DNA of 64,000 nucleotides from a virus. Location: the IMG/VR virus record IMGVR_UViG_3300031951_000060, positions 36,598 to 100,597 of that record. One strand, 5' to 3'. This document shows positions 55,585 through 63,885 of this stretch, in pieces (position 1 is the stretch's first letter; each line of letters opens with the position of its first letter). The notes under the pieces are model-generated. The model searched no databases. It had not been told where the DNA came from and saw only the letters and a program-made list of their open reading frames with translations. A program made the position numbers and the translations under genes.

Positions 55585-55658
55585 TAGAGCAGGTAGGACT
55601 TGAACCTACGATAACCGAATTATGAGTTCGGGGCCTTGACCAACTTGGCTACTGCTCC
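55585..55658 (-). tRNA. tRNA with CAT anticodon (elongator Met or Ile2)
   Basis: GGAGCAG/CTGCTCT, CCGAA-CTCATAA-TTCGG, TTCAAGT; lacks initiator GGG/CCC. Confidence 0.9.
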
Positions 55659-55667
55659 TTAAACCTA

Positions 55668-55829
55668 CTATTCGTAATCTTCTTCTATACCGTCTTCGTT
55701 CCAATCATCATGAAAACGAGGGGAGTCTTGAAACATCCCCCAGGTAGGCTGATCTTCTACCATATCTTGTCCAAACATAGATGAATATGTGTCGTTATAC
55801 ATAACTGCTTCTGCAAATGATCTGCTCAT
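55668..55829 (-). CDS. Small acidic hypothetical protein
   Basis: RBS GAAAGG, downstream of promoter. Confidence 0.5.
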   Translation of the reverse strand: MSRSFAEAVMYNDTYSSMFGQDMVEDQPTWGMFQDSPRFHDDWNEDGIEEDYE

Positions 55830-55860
55830 TTTACTGCCTTTCTGTTTAGGTTGTATACTA

Positions 55861-55890
55861 ATTATAGAACAAGGCAAGGTAGATTGTCAA
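55861..55890 (-). promoter_or_regulatory. Sigma70-type promoter driving the minus-strand tRNA cluster
   Basis: TTGACA-18-TATAAT on minus strand. Confidence 0.7.
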
Positions 55891-56189
55891 ATACCGTCGT
55901 CTTCAAGCCTTCGCAATATTTCTGCGGTATTTGGATCAGCAAGCATTTCATCAAGAGCCTGTTTAACTGCAGGCCTCATTTCTGGCAGGGTATATAAATC
56001 ATTCTTCGTAATATTATATAATAACTGCCTTATTCTTTCACAATCATCATGTCTATACCATGTAGAACAGTATAGTTTTTCATCATACTCAACAATATTC
56101 GGACAAGACTTATAGTCTTCAACGATCTGGTCTATAATGACTTTTTGAGCCTTTTTACAGCCATTACAGGGACAGGCCCAATTAGACAC
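55887..56189 (-). CDS. Cys-rich hypothetical protein
   Basis: CPCNGC...C..C...H..C. Confidence 0.55.
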   Translation of the reverse strand: MSNWACPCNGCKKAQKVIIDQIVEDYKSCPNIVEYDEKLYCSTWYRHDDCERIRQLLYNITKNDLYTLPEMRPAVKQALDEMLADPNTAEILRRLEDDGI

Positions 56190-56367
56190 CCTTGACCTTC
56201 TTAACAGCCTCTATCGCAAGCATCTTCATTCCAAGGGCATTTGAATGGCTAACCTCTATATCAATAGCCTCAATTTCTGCAATAATCTTATCTTTTACAG
56301 CCTTAACAACTTTATGTGTACCGTTGCACTCAGGATATTCAGTTGAAAATCCACATCCACAGGGCAT
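56182..56367 (-). CDS. CDGSH-type iron-sulfur domain protein
   Basis: CGCGFSTEYPECNGTH fits C-x-C-x2-S-x3-P-x-C-[DN]-G-[ST]-H. Confidence 0.7.
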   Translation of the reverse strand: MPCGCGFSTEYPECNGTHKVVKAVKDKIIAEIEAIDIEVSHSNALGMKMLAIEAVKKVKGV

Positions 56368-56642
56368 TATACTAACTCCTCTTTGTTGTAAATTGTATCG
56401 AATATATCTCCAAAAGATTTTTCTGGAAAATCATTAAAATGATATGTTCCATCATCCTTTATATGCCAACCACGCCAGCCATCTGGTTCGCACCACATAG
56501 CAGAAGCAACCTTCATACTCTCAGGATCGTCAAGTGTTCGTGAGATAGAGTTATAAAAATCAACCTCTGCAAAGATAGCAAGGCGAAGTTTTTCCCACGA
56601 GAAAATTAATCTTATTAATCTATCCATGCCTATGTGGTCCAC
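56367..56642 (-). CDS. Hypothetical protein
   Basis: Coupled ORF. Confidence 0.5.
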   Translation of the reverse strand: MDHIGMDRLIRLIFSWEKLRLAIFAEVDFYNSISRTLDDPESMKVASAMWCEPDGWRGWHIKDDGTYHFNDFPEKSFGDIFDTIYNKEELV

Positions 56643-56793
56643 CCCTTACTAACTCCCACTCACCTGTTTCTTTAGCAACAAAAACATCCCCTGTTTGTCT
56701 ATCAACAAGCATATACTTTTCGGGGCATTTAGTCTTAAGTGTAACTATGACAGACTTCTCTAACTCCGCAAACTCAATTGCTGATCTACTCAT
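56620..56793 (-). CDS. Hypothetical protein
   Basis: TKCPEKYMLVDRQTG motif. Confidence 0.55.
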   Translation of the reverse strand: MSRSAIEFAELEKSVIVTLKTKCPEKYMLVDRQTGDVFVAKETGEWELVRGGPHRHG

Positions 56794-56954
56794 GCTATTA
56801 CTCCTAACAAAAATCCTATAATTATACATAGCAATCCAACAGACCAGTAATAAGTTCCCTGTATATAGTCTCGTGTTATCTCTTTAATGATATGAGATGG
56901 CACTTCAATTAGTTCATCTTCATTATTAACATCTTCAAAATAATATTTTTTCAT
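56790..56954 (-). CDS. Small membrane protein (54 aa)
   Basis: RBS AAAGGA, C-terminal TM, ATGA coupling. Confidence 0.45.
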   Translation of the reverse strand: MKKYYFEDVNNEDELIEVPSHIIKEITRDYIQGTYYWSVGLLCIIIGFLLGVIA

Positions 56955-57092
56955 GAATGTTCCTTTTTAATATGTCTAGAAAGTGTATCATGTGCAAATA
57001 TGCCCCATCGTAACTCTATTTCTTTTTTACACAAATCACATATCACAAGTCTTTGGCTCATGTATCAATTGTACCCTATTGCCAACAATATG

Positions 57093-57623
57093 TCAATTAT
57101 CGAAAGAAATACTGATATTAAGAATTTCTTTATATATTTTTTCTTCTTCTGTTAAATCAACATCTTTCATAATTTCCTTGCACATATTATAATGTTTTGA
57201 GGTTTTTGATGTTTTTAAAAATCTTGTGCCTGGTCTATCATGAATATTATCAACAAAAGAATCTGATATTTTTTCTATATTTAATTTATTGCAAAGATAA
57301 TTTATGATATTGTCTACATTATCTAAATCTTCATATTTAAAAATAAGATCTACATGTTTTTTAGCATAATTAAAAAAAGAAATATATTCTTTTTTACATA
57401 TTAAAATTAAATTATATATAGATTTTGGGTTTGGCTCATACTCCAGTTCCATAGCAAGCCTTGATACTATACAATCTCTTGGATTTCGTACTATTGTCAA
57501 AACCAAATCATAATTACCCACCAATTCAACGTGAGTCTTATTCAAAACAATTCCAGTTTTTTGAAGAAAATGTTCAACTAAGAAATGTGTTCCAGATCTT
57601 GGATATGAGGGCAAGAGAATCAT
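57093..57623 (-). CDS. Sulfotransferase-like protein
   Basis: SYPRSGT (5'-PSB), IVRNPRD..VS (3'-PB), KYEDL. Confidence 0.7.
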   Translation of the reverse strand: MILLPSYPRSGTHFLVEHFLQKTGIVLNKTHVELVGNYDLVLTIVRNPRDCIVSRLAMELEYEPNPKSIYNLILICKKEYISFFNYAKKHVDLIFKYEDLDNVDNIINYLCNKLNIEKISDSFVDNIHDRPGTRFLKTSKTSKHYNMCKEIMKDVDLTEEEKIYKEILNISISFDN

Positions 57624-58180
57624 ATTTTAACCGATAGGGCTTCTGCTTCTTTGTAAAGTTCTATACAATCTGTCAAATCGAAATCTTTGTAATATTTAAA
57701 TACTTCATCGTATAATGGATTATCAACAAAACTTTTTCTAAAATAGTCTTTTTTCATAGACGTTTCAATTACTTTTAATTGGTGGTTCACTATTTCTAAA
57801 TTTACAGAACCATAGAAATGATCCCCAGTCTTGTCGCACATGAATTTAACAATTTTATTAATATTTTTAAAATCTTCAAGTTTAAAAATAATGTTGTTAT
57901 TTTTTAATATTGAGGCGTAATTATTTTTATATGCTTCTATAGGATATAGCAAATCTTTAAAATCAGCAATTGTCTTATTATTTTCATTATAGTTATACGC
58001 AATTGAAAAAGAAACAATGCTATCAAGTGGATTTCTTATTGGAGAAAATACATTGCCATAACTATTTCCAGAAAATAACTCTAAGTCATGAACATTGTGA
58101 ACTTTGCCATTGGACCCATTGTTATATGACAAAGTTAAAAAATTAGTGCCACTTCTTGGATATCCAAATACACAATTCAC
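57620..58180 (-). CDS. Sulfotransferase-like protein (tandem paralog)
   Basis: GYPRSGT, IRNPLDSIVS, KLEDF. Confidence 0.7.
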   Translation of the reverse strand: MNCVFGYPRSGTNFLTLSYNNGSNGKVHNVHDLELFSGNSYGNVFSPIRNPLDSIVSFSIAYNYNENNKTIADFKDLLYPIEAYKNNYASILKNNNIIFKLEDFKNINKIVKFMCDKTGDHFYGSVNLEIVNHQLKVIETSMKKDYFRKSFVDNPLYDEVFKYYKDFDLTDCIELYKEAEALSVKI

Positions 58181-58183
58181 AAT

Positions 58184-58309
58184 CTACCCCATATACATAA
58201 ATAAAAAGTGTTTTTTACACACGTCAATAATTATGCCCGTACCCTTCTCTGGCTGGGTAAATTCTGCTTCATTTTCGCAGTAATGGCATTTCGATTTTTC
58301 TCTGGGCAT
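58184..58309 (-). CDS. Small Zn-binding protein (41 aa)
   Basis: CHYC...VCKKH; TGaTATAAT 7 nt upstream. Confidence 0.5.
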   Translation of the reverse strand: MPREKSKCHYCENEAEFTQPEKGTGIIIDVCKKHFLFMYMG

Positions 58310-58661
58310 ATTTTTCATTATATCACCTTGGTTTAAAGTTCGGCGGTAAATAGAAATATCAAACCCCCTCTGACCTATACGGTCAATATGGTTTAGTATT
58401 CTAAATACTGCCTATTTATTATAGCACCTTGGACATTGTTCTAGTAGGTTTGGTGTATTTGTAGAGACATAAAACATTACCCCACATTTATGACACAATA
58501 TACTTAACTCTATCTTTTTAATCTGCATATTCGGAAAGTTCCTCTACGATCTGTGTGGCAAGATCTATGGACAACTTGTCCTTATGCTTGCCTTTTAAAT
58601 GATCGTGTATTATTTCTGCAATAATATCAATCTGGCTTTGTTTAGATAACATTATTCCTCA

Positions 58662-58823
58662 TTATAGGGGGTCTTTTGAAAAAGCCTCTGAGATTATTCG
58701 TAATCTTTCTCGTAACTCCCATTTTTCCTGTTTAGAAAGATGTGGCTTATCCAGAATTCGATCCTTATTTTTCTGGTATCTCTTCTGTTTATACTGAGAA
58801 ATATCATCATTGGCTTTTTTCAT
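58662..58823 (-). CDS. Small basic hypothetical protein
   Basis: ATG 6 nt after TGcTATACT. Confidence 0.5.
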   Translation of the reverse strand: MKKANDDISQYKQKRYQKNKDRILDKPHLSKQEKWELRERLRIISEAFSKDPL

Positions 58824-58854
58824 ACTACCAGTATAGCAGGGGTATAATTGTGAC

Positions 58855-59169
58855 GTGGACCACACTATTTTATATATTCTTTATCACCCAGAATACGATG
58901 CTATAAAGGTAGGGATAGGGGATATAACTGGAAGAAGGTTTAAAGCCCATAGGACCAAGGGGTGGGGCTTGGTTTGTTATTGGTATTTCCAAAATCGGGC
59001 GGGAGCCAGAAGAGTAGAATCTATAGTACTACAAACCCTAAGAGAGAGATATGGACATTATCTGGATAAGGGTGATATGCCATATGGGGGATATACGGAG
59101 ACATTTAATGCCAAGAAGATAACCAAGAGAAGGTTGATTGGTTTGGTCAATAGGGCTATAAAGGGTTGA
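58855..59169 (+). CDS. GIY-YIG (T5orf172-like) endonuclease-like protein
   Basis: LYIL...IKVGI....RRF..H...VE...GYTETF. Confidence 0.65.
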   Translation: MDHTILYILYHPEYDAIKVGIGDITGRRFKAHRTKGWGLVCYWYFQNRAGARRVESIVLQTLRERYGHYLDKGDMPYGGYTETFNAKKITKRRLIGLVNRAIKG

Positions 59170-59347
59170 CTTCTTTATACCGTCGCTCTACAGGAAAATC
59201 ATATTTGGTTTGGTTTGTAGGTGCTGCAGAAACTCTTCTACCGCCTACCCTCATAACAGGTTTGGACTTACGAGGTTTTCTATAACCCTTAATCTTACCT
59301 TTAGTCTCTCGTCTTGGTTTAAAGTCATGTACGAAAATGTTGATCAT
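59156..59347 (-). CDS. Small basic hypothetical protein
   Basis: RBS GGGGAG; Lys/Arg-rich. Confidence 0.4.
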   Translation of the reverse strand: MINIFVHDFKPRRETKGKIKGYRKPRKSKPVMRVGGRRVSAAPTNQTKYDFPVERRYKEVNPL

Positions 59348-59348
59348 G

Positions 59349-59759
59349 CTACTCCCCAAAAGATACCTGAGAAGACCATAAAATATCATTGGTCAAATCT
59401 ACTGGATCGATAGATTTAATACCATATGATTCATAGATAGCCCTTACATCTGGGTTGTCGTCTATGGCAAGATCTATTTTGCCTTGGAGATTGTTGGCAA
59501 TACCGTCCTTGAAATCGTTAGCCTTTTCGTAATGTTCTGGATTCATCAATAGGGCATCGTATTTAATGCCAAGAGACTCCAGAAGAGTTACTGTGACATC
59601 TCTCATAGTATCTTGTCTACCCGTTACAATGATGACATTTTCAATGTTATTTTTTACAAAATCTACTACCGCCAGGTTAGGGGTCATAGCCTCATCATGC
59701 CAAAAACCAGATACAAGGGTGTCGTCGATATCTACAATTGCTGTGTTATATTTTTTCAT
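59349..59759 (-). CDS. HAD-family phosphatase (polynucleotide 3'-phosphatase-like)
   Basis: DIDDTL, IVTGR, K, IDDNP. Confidence 0.8.
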   Translation of the reverse strand: MKKYNTAIVDIDDTLVSGFWHDEAMTPNLAVVDFVKNNIENVIIVTGRQDTMRDVTVTLLESLGIKYDALLMNPEHYEKANDFKDGIANNLQGKIDLAIDDNPDVRAIYESYGIKSIDPVDLTNDILWSSQVSFGE

Positions 59760-59796
59760 ATAATCTATTGTACAGTATAGTGGTTTGATATGCAAG

Positions 59797-59871
59797 TTAT
59801 CCACAGACTTGTGTGTAAAAGTATACATGTGATGGATGGTTTTGGCATAGTTATCCACAAGGTTATCCACA
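59797..59871 (+). promoter_or_regulatory. Cluster of three perfect DnaA boxes
   Basis: TTATCCACA at 59797, 59851, 59863. Confidence 0.75.
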
Positions 59872-60089
59872 GATAAATCTTACTGATATTTTCATGTATA
59901 GGGTTAAAGTGGAGTGAAGTGGAGGATAGTGGGGATTGGAACGTTTTTAACGATGGCGCCGTAATCTTTGGCGGGAAAAAGAGATCCCTATCAAACCCTA
60001 TATCCCAAACCATCATATCTAACAAACCATCATATCCGCTTATACCATATATCCGCATATCTGTCAAACCATCATATCAAGGTTTGGGC

Positions 60090-60118
60090 ATTATACATCC
60101 AAAACCATGGTTTGTCAA
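60090..60118 (-). promoter_or_regulatory. Consensus promoter with palindromic spacer
   Basis: TTGACA-17-TATAAT overlapping AAACCATGGTTT. Confidence 0.7.
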
Positions 60119-60333
60119 TAGGGTTCGTAATCTATTTTGGATGAAAATTGCCAAATATTCTGGGATATTTGAGATTATTTCGTAATATGTTTTAAAACCA
60201 GGAAATATGGTTTGATATGCTTTAAAAACCAGAAAACAATGGTTTGTTATTGATTATAGGGGGGGGATATGGTGTATGATCGTAATCTTTTTTAAATTCC
60301 CCGCCTTCGGCGGCGCCCTAGGATCGGGCGGTA

Positions 60334-60579
60334 TTACATAAGGGGTTCGTAATACTCTTTCTCTACATTGCTGAAGTTAAGGGTGATGTCCTTGATGCCA
60401 CGTTTAAAAAAGCGGCGGGTATAAAAGAGTTTCAAACCACTATAGGTATATACAAACCTACCTATATAAGATACTCCATTACCAAATGCAATGGCTAATT
60501 GGTTTTGACCAGTATGATATGAACTTGGTGAATGTATATTCGATCCATTAAATCTAGCATGGTTATGTGGAGACATCAT
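60334..60579 (-). CDS. Hypothetical protein
   Basis: 81 aa ORF after TGtTATAAT. Confidence 0.4.
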   Translation of the reverse strand: MMSPHNHARFNGSNIHSPSSYHTGQNQLAIAFGNGVSYIGRFVYTYSGLKLFYTRRFFKRGIKDITLNFSNVEKEYYEPLM

Positions 60580-60738
60580 TACTATTATAACATGGTTTGA
60601 TGGTTTGGGAAAAATATGGTTTGGATCGTAATAACTTTCTGGGAATTTTTTGATATCGTTCGTAATACCGTAAAATTATGGTTTTGTGGTTTGTCTATAT
60701 ACAGTGCCTAGGCGCCCCAGTAGGGGGTTATGAGATTT

Positions 60739-61029
60739 TTAGTCTTCCTTAGCGATTTTCATTTCTACATAGGCGAGGAGAGTTTCTAAACTATCAAACT
60801 CCTCAACCTCTTCTTCGGTTACTTCAAGAGCAGCGAGAAATAGATTAAATGTTTCGTTAATGTAGTCTTCTGCCATTGGTAGGGGCTGAACCACACCTGT
60901 AGCAATAAACCATGCCAAAGGTAAGCCTACATCATTGTACTCAATAAAATCTTCGAGTTTTTCGTCTTGTCTGAATTCAAACCAGAACTGACCTAAAATA
61001 CCACACTTATCCGAAAAGGCTACTGACAT
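60739..61029 (-). CDS. Hypothetical protein
   Basis: RBS AGGAG; YNDVGLPLA. Confidence 0.6.
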   Translation of the reverse strand: MSVAFSDKCGILGQFWFEFRQDEKLEDFIEYNDVGLPLAWFIATGVVQPLPMAEDYINETFNLFLAALEVTEEEVEEFDSLETLLAYVEMKIAKED

Positions 61030-61252
61030 GTTGTTCTCCTAAATAGTCTACCATAAGTTTATCATACTCTTCCCCTGCTGTCAAGGCAAGAACCTCAAGG
61101 CGGTGCCACACAATAGGTGGGTGATTACGAACAAGGTGATATCCTACTGCCTCCAGATTTATGCCCATATCCTCATTGATAATCTTAGCAATCCGTGCAG
61201 CAGCCTGTATCTCCTTGGTGTTTTGCGGTTGTCGTCGTACGCTGTAAGCCAT
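61007..61252 (-). CDS. Hypothetical protein
   Basis: RBS AAGGAG; TTGCAC-17-TACAAT upstream. Confidence 0.55.
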   Translation of the reverse strand: MAYSVRRQPQNTKEIQAAARIAKIINEDMGINLEAVGYHLVRNHPPIVWHRLEVLALTAGEEYDKLMVDYLGEQHVSSLFG

Positions 61253-61287
61253 AGTTCTCCTTATATCGATTGTACCAAAAAAGTAGA

Positions 61288-61352
61288 GGGGGTGCAAGAG
61301 GCAAGAAAGGGGACCTCTCACACCCCATGAAGGGGGGACCCAACCCCCTTTT
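61288..61352 (-). terminator. GC-rich double hairpin / terminator
   Basis: AAGGGGG..CCCCCTT and GGGGTG..CACCCC stems after a stop codon. Confidence 0.45.
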
Positions 61353-61713
61353 AGGAAGTGGCAGACGCCACAAGACCGTGATATCTAATAAAATCTACAA
61401 TTGAGTGCCAGTTCTCTCCATTGCCAACCATACCGTCTGTAAAGTCGATTGTAATAGGATTATCCATAAATGCTTGGTCCGACGGGTCGCAGGCATAGAT
61501 ACCAAAGCCAGTCTCTGACAGGGCCTCATCCTGAATTAAATAACTGATAGCCATACGAGTCGCATATGGAGCGTCATTCATCTGGATACGTGGCAGCGCA
61601 TGCTGCAGGGCAGCAGCAAGGTCTTCATGCATTGTATACTCACCGAAGTGGCTGTACAAGGCCACAGCGTGGTCCTCTGATTGTTTAAATACGAATGTGC
61701 AACGTGCTCCCAT
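61351..61713 (-). CDS. Hypothetical phage protein
   Basis: MGAR...LYSHFG motif; RBS GAAAGG. Confidence 0.6.
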   Translation of the reverse strand: MGARCTFVFKQSEDHAVALYSHFGEYTMHEDLAAALQHALPRIQMNDAPYATRMAISYLIQDEALSETGFGIYACDPSDQAFMDNPITIDFTDGMVGNGENWHSIVDFIRYHGLVASATS

Positions 61714-61745
61714 GTTAGGGCCTTTCTGTAGTAGGGTTTTTATTA

Positions 61746-61774
61746 ATTGTATCAAATTCCAAGGGCAGCGTCAA
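61746..61774 (-). promoter_or_regulatory. Sigma70-type promoter
   Basis: TTGACG-17-TACAAT with TGn. Confidence 0.6.
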
Positions 61775-61784
61775 CTGGATCCAA

Positions 61785-62147
61785 TCATTCATCATCTTCA
61801 ACACCCTCCAGGTAATCACCAGTAAAGTCTACAACAATCATTCCTACTCTCCCGTCCTCATTGATATGAGCAAATACAGGGTATAGGCCATCGCCATAGC
61901 CAGTTGAAAAAACAACAGAACTTGCAAGTCCGAGTTGACCAAAGCCCTTTTCGATAGTTGCATTACAGGCACCGAGATATCCGTATTCGCCACTTCTATT
62001 TTTGCGTTCGTCAAATGGGACATCAGAATCTGAATCCCAAGGCTTCCATTCATCTAAATAACATGGGTCGCCAATCATTGCCTGACCACTGTCAACAGCG
62101 AACTGGCCGATTAGAGTTAGTTTATCTGTCTTATCGATATTTATCAT
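61785..62147 (-). CDS. DUF4241-like protein
   Basis: VDSGQ..IGDPCY, STGYGDGLYPV. Confidence 0.65.
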   Translation of the reverse strand: MINIDKTDKLTLIGQFAVDSGQAMIGDPCYLDEWKPWDSDSDVPFDERKNRSGEYGYLGACNATIEKGFGQLGLASSVVFSTGYGDGLYPVFAHINEDGRVGMIVVDFTGDYLEGVEDDE

Positions 62148-62422
62148 TCTTTCTCCTTTGCTGATATTGCGAAAGATATATCATACGTCAAACCATAGCA
62201 AAGTGCAAGTGCGTCGGTATATCCCTCCCAATATTTACGTTCCATAGATTCCATGGCGTCTGAGTAATCATTTTCCTCCTCAATACGCTGTGCTTCTGCA
62301 AACTCTGCTTCAGCCTCAAGCATTTTGATTTTGAGTTCGCCATGCATAATATCAATACCGTCAACACCAAGATTGACAAGTTTTTGTAGACGTGCGTCTA
62401 AGGTTGTAGGGGTCACTTCCAT
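62144..62422 (-). CDS. Hypothetical protein
   Basis: DAMESMERKYWEG motif. Confidence 0.55.
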   Translation of the reverse strand: MEVTPTTLDARLQKLVNLGVDGIDIMHGELKIKMLEAEAEFAEAQRIEEENDYSDAMESMERKYWEGYTDALALCYGLTYDISFAISAKEKE

Positions 62423-62424
62423 TA

Positions 62425-63153
62425 TTATTCCTTTCTATAAGTGGGTACGTGGGCGTCATCTAAGTATACCTTATGGACATCACATTCTGCAACATAGTCA
62501 AGGTCCGCTTCACCAAGATAGTTACATTCACTGCAGATTTCTCCACAATCATTATCGCAGTATTCCATAGTATTATTAGCATCACAGTCACGACACTTGC
62601 TTTCATATGATTCTATTTCATTTATGTTGCCTGCCTCAAATTGGACAAGACCGCCCCATCCTGTTTCTTCTTCATAAGATAGTTCAAAGTCAAGGTCAGG
62701 ATACTGTTCAGATAGTTTAGTTATAGCCTCAGTAGGTGGAGACCACGCAGTGTTGAAGCGGTATGCAAGAGAAGTCTTAGTCTCTTCCATTAGTTCTGTA
62801 TCAGGATACTTATCCTCATCATGAATAGCAACATCCCACTTAGTACCCCAGTTACGAACATTCCAATCGTACCAGTGATTACCCTTGAACATAAAGGCTT
62901 CTTCCAGAGGTTGCTTATGGTCTGGTTGCTTTAGATATTCTTCATCAGATACGCCGTCTTGAATATGATTCCAAATATTATGGAATGCAAAGATAGGATT
63001 AGAATATGCGGTTTGTGATAGTTCCATATTTCCAGTTGTAGCATTCCATGAGTCATGGGTTTGAACAAATGGCTTGTTGAGTTGTCGCTTGACATCTGCA
63101 ATGAGAGCAGAGTCACCCTCTATAGTTAGAGAGTTATAGCACCAATTTGGCAT
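62425..63153 (-). CDS. DUF1281/Api92-like ferredoxin-fold protein
   Basis: MPNWCYN, WYDW...WGTKW, FNTAWSPP. Confidence 0.75.
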   Translation of the reverse strand: MPNWCYNSLTIEGDSALIADVKRQLNKPFVQTHDSWNATTGNMELSQTAYSNPIFAFHNIWNHIQDGVSDEEYLKQPDHKQPLEEAFMFKGNHWYDWNVRNWGTKWDVAIHDEDKYPDTELMEETKTSLAYRFNTAWSPPTEAITKLSEQYPDLDFELSYEEETGWGGLVQFEAGNINEIESYESKCRDCDANNTMEYCDNDCGEICSECNYLGEADLDYVAECDVHKVYLDDAHVPTYRKE

Positions 63154-63184
63154 TGGGCGGTCCTTTCTGTTGGGTCGTAATACA

Positions 63185-63213
63185 ATTTTAGCAAAATCTC
63201 AGGGGGATGTCAA
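63185..63213 (-). promoter_or_regulatory. Sigma70-type promoter
   Basis: TTGACA-17-TAAAAT with TGn. Confidence 0.7.
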
Positions 63214-63214
63214 G

Positions 63215-63364
63215 TCACTCCCAATACCTTATAATGGTATGCATAGTATTATGTAATGCACAGTCACAATCCCCACCGTTCATATTTTCCATGAATTCAA
63301 AGTGGGATAGATTATCCTCATAGATCTCAGTAACCAGTTCATCTATTGTGTACAATTTGCTCAT
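63215..63364 (-). CDS. Small hypothetical protein (49 aa)
   Basis: ATGA-coupled; GDCDC..H. Confidence 0.5.
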   Translation of the reverse strand: MSKLYTIDELVTEIYEDNLSHFEFMENMNGGDCDCALHNTMHTIIRYWE

Positions 63365-63558
63365 TGTAAGCCTATCTTAGTTAATACATAATTGAATGCC
63401 GCTACCTGGCCATTGATAAAGTTATACTCAAAGTCTAATTCCTTACATGCTTTAGATTCGGGGTCAAGTGTTTCCATTTCATCAGCAAGATTGCGTAGGT
63501 CTTCATTCAAACCATTACGCATGTTAAATATATGGGTTGTTAGTTCATCTATTGTCAT
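63361..63558 (-). CDS. Hypothetical protein
   Basis: ATGA-coupled helical ORF. Confidence 0.55.
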   Translation of the reverse strand: MTIDELTTHIFNMRNGLNEDLRNLADEMETLDPESKACKELDFEYNFINGQVAAFNYVLTKIGLQ

Positions 63559-63755
63559 TTTAATTCCTTAGTTAGTTTATTATGATGTGCCGTGCTAAAA
63601 ATACCAACATTCAGCCTCTCAGCAGGGTATACAGACAACAAATGATTAATAGCATCACCTGCAGTCTTATAGTTAGAATAGTTAATGCTTTTCCCAATAC
63701 TTGGAAATACGTCTGCTTCCCAAATACCGTTTTCTTCAAATAGGTCTACTCTCAT
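63555..63755 (-). CDS. Hypothetical protein
   Basis: YKTAGDA; likely start MRVDL. Confidence 0.45.
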   Translation of the reverse strand: MRVDLFEENGIWEADVFPSIGKSINYSNYKTAGDAINHLLSVYPAERLNVGIFSTAHHNKLTKELK

Positions 63756-63885
63756 GTATTTATTGTCCCACAATCCAGCAAAAAAATCAAGTGCTACGTA
63801 ATAAAAAAAATACAAAAATACAATGTCCGTTTTGTCCGTTTGCCTAGGCATTTTTTTTTGCAACTAATGATCTGCAATTGCAAAA

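Larger units (their letters stand above)
59900..60700. repeat. Repeat-rich non-coding region (AAGTGGAG, CAAACCATCATATC, AAACCA..TGGTTT, TCGTAAT)
   Basis: CAAACCATCATATC x3 near 60006-60078; TCGTAAT at 60125, 60180, 60280, 60347, 60626, 60660. Confidence 0.7.

Noticed and set aside
55353-55625. Plus-strand ORFs over the tRNA-Leu/ncRNA/tRNA-Met region
   Set aside because: Antisense to tRNAs, no RBS, no recognisable motifs
59765-60185. ORFs 59765..60067 (-) and 59919..60185 (+), and the upstream extension of the HAD ORF
   Set aside because: Translations simply mirror DnaA boxes and repeats (LWITLWIT); the region is better explained as non-coding
63336-63555. 14-bp repeat AGTTCATCTATTGT at the starts of two adjacent genes
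   Set aside because: Both encode TIDEL; only two copies, so not enough to call a system
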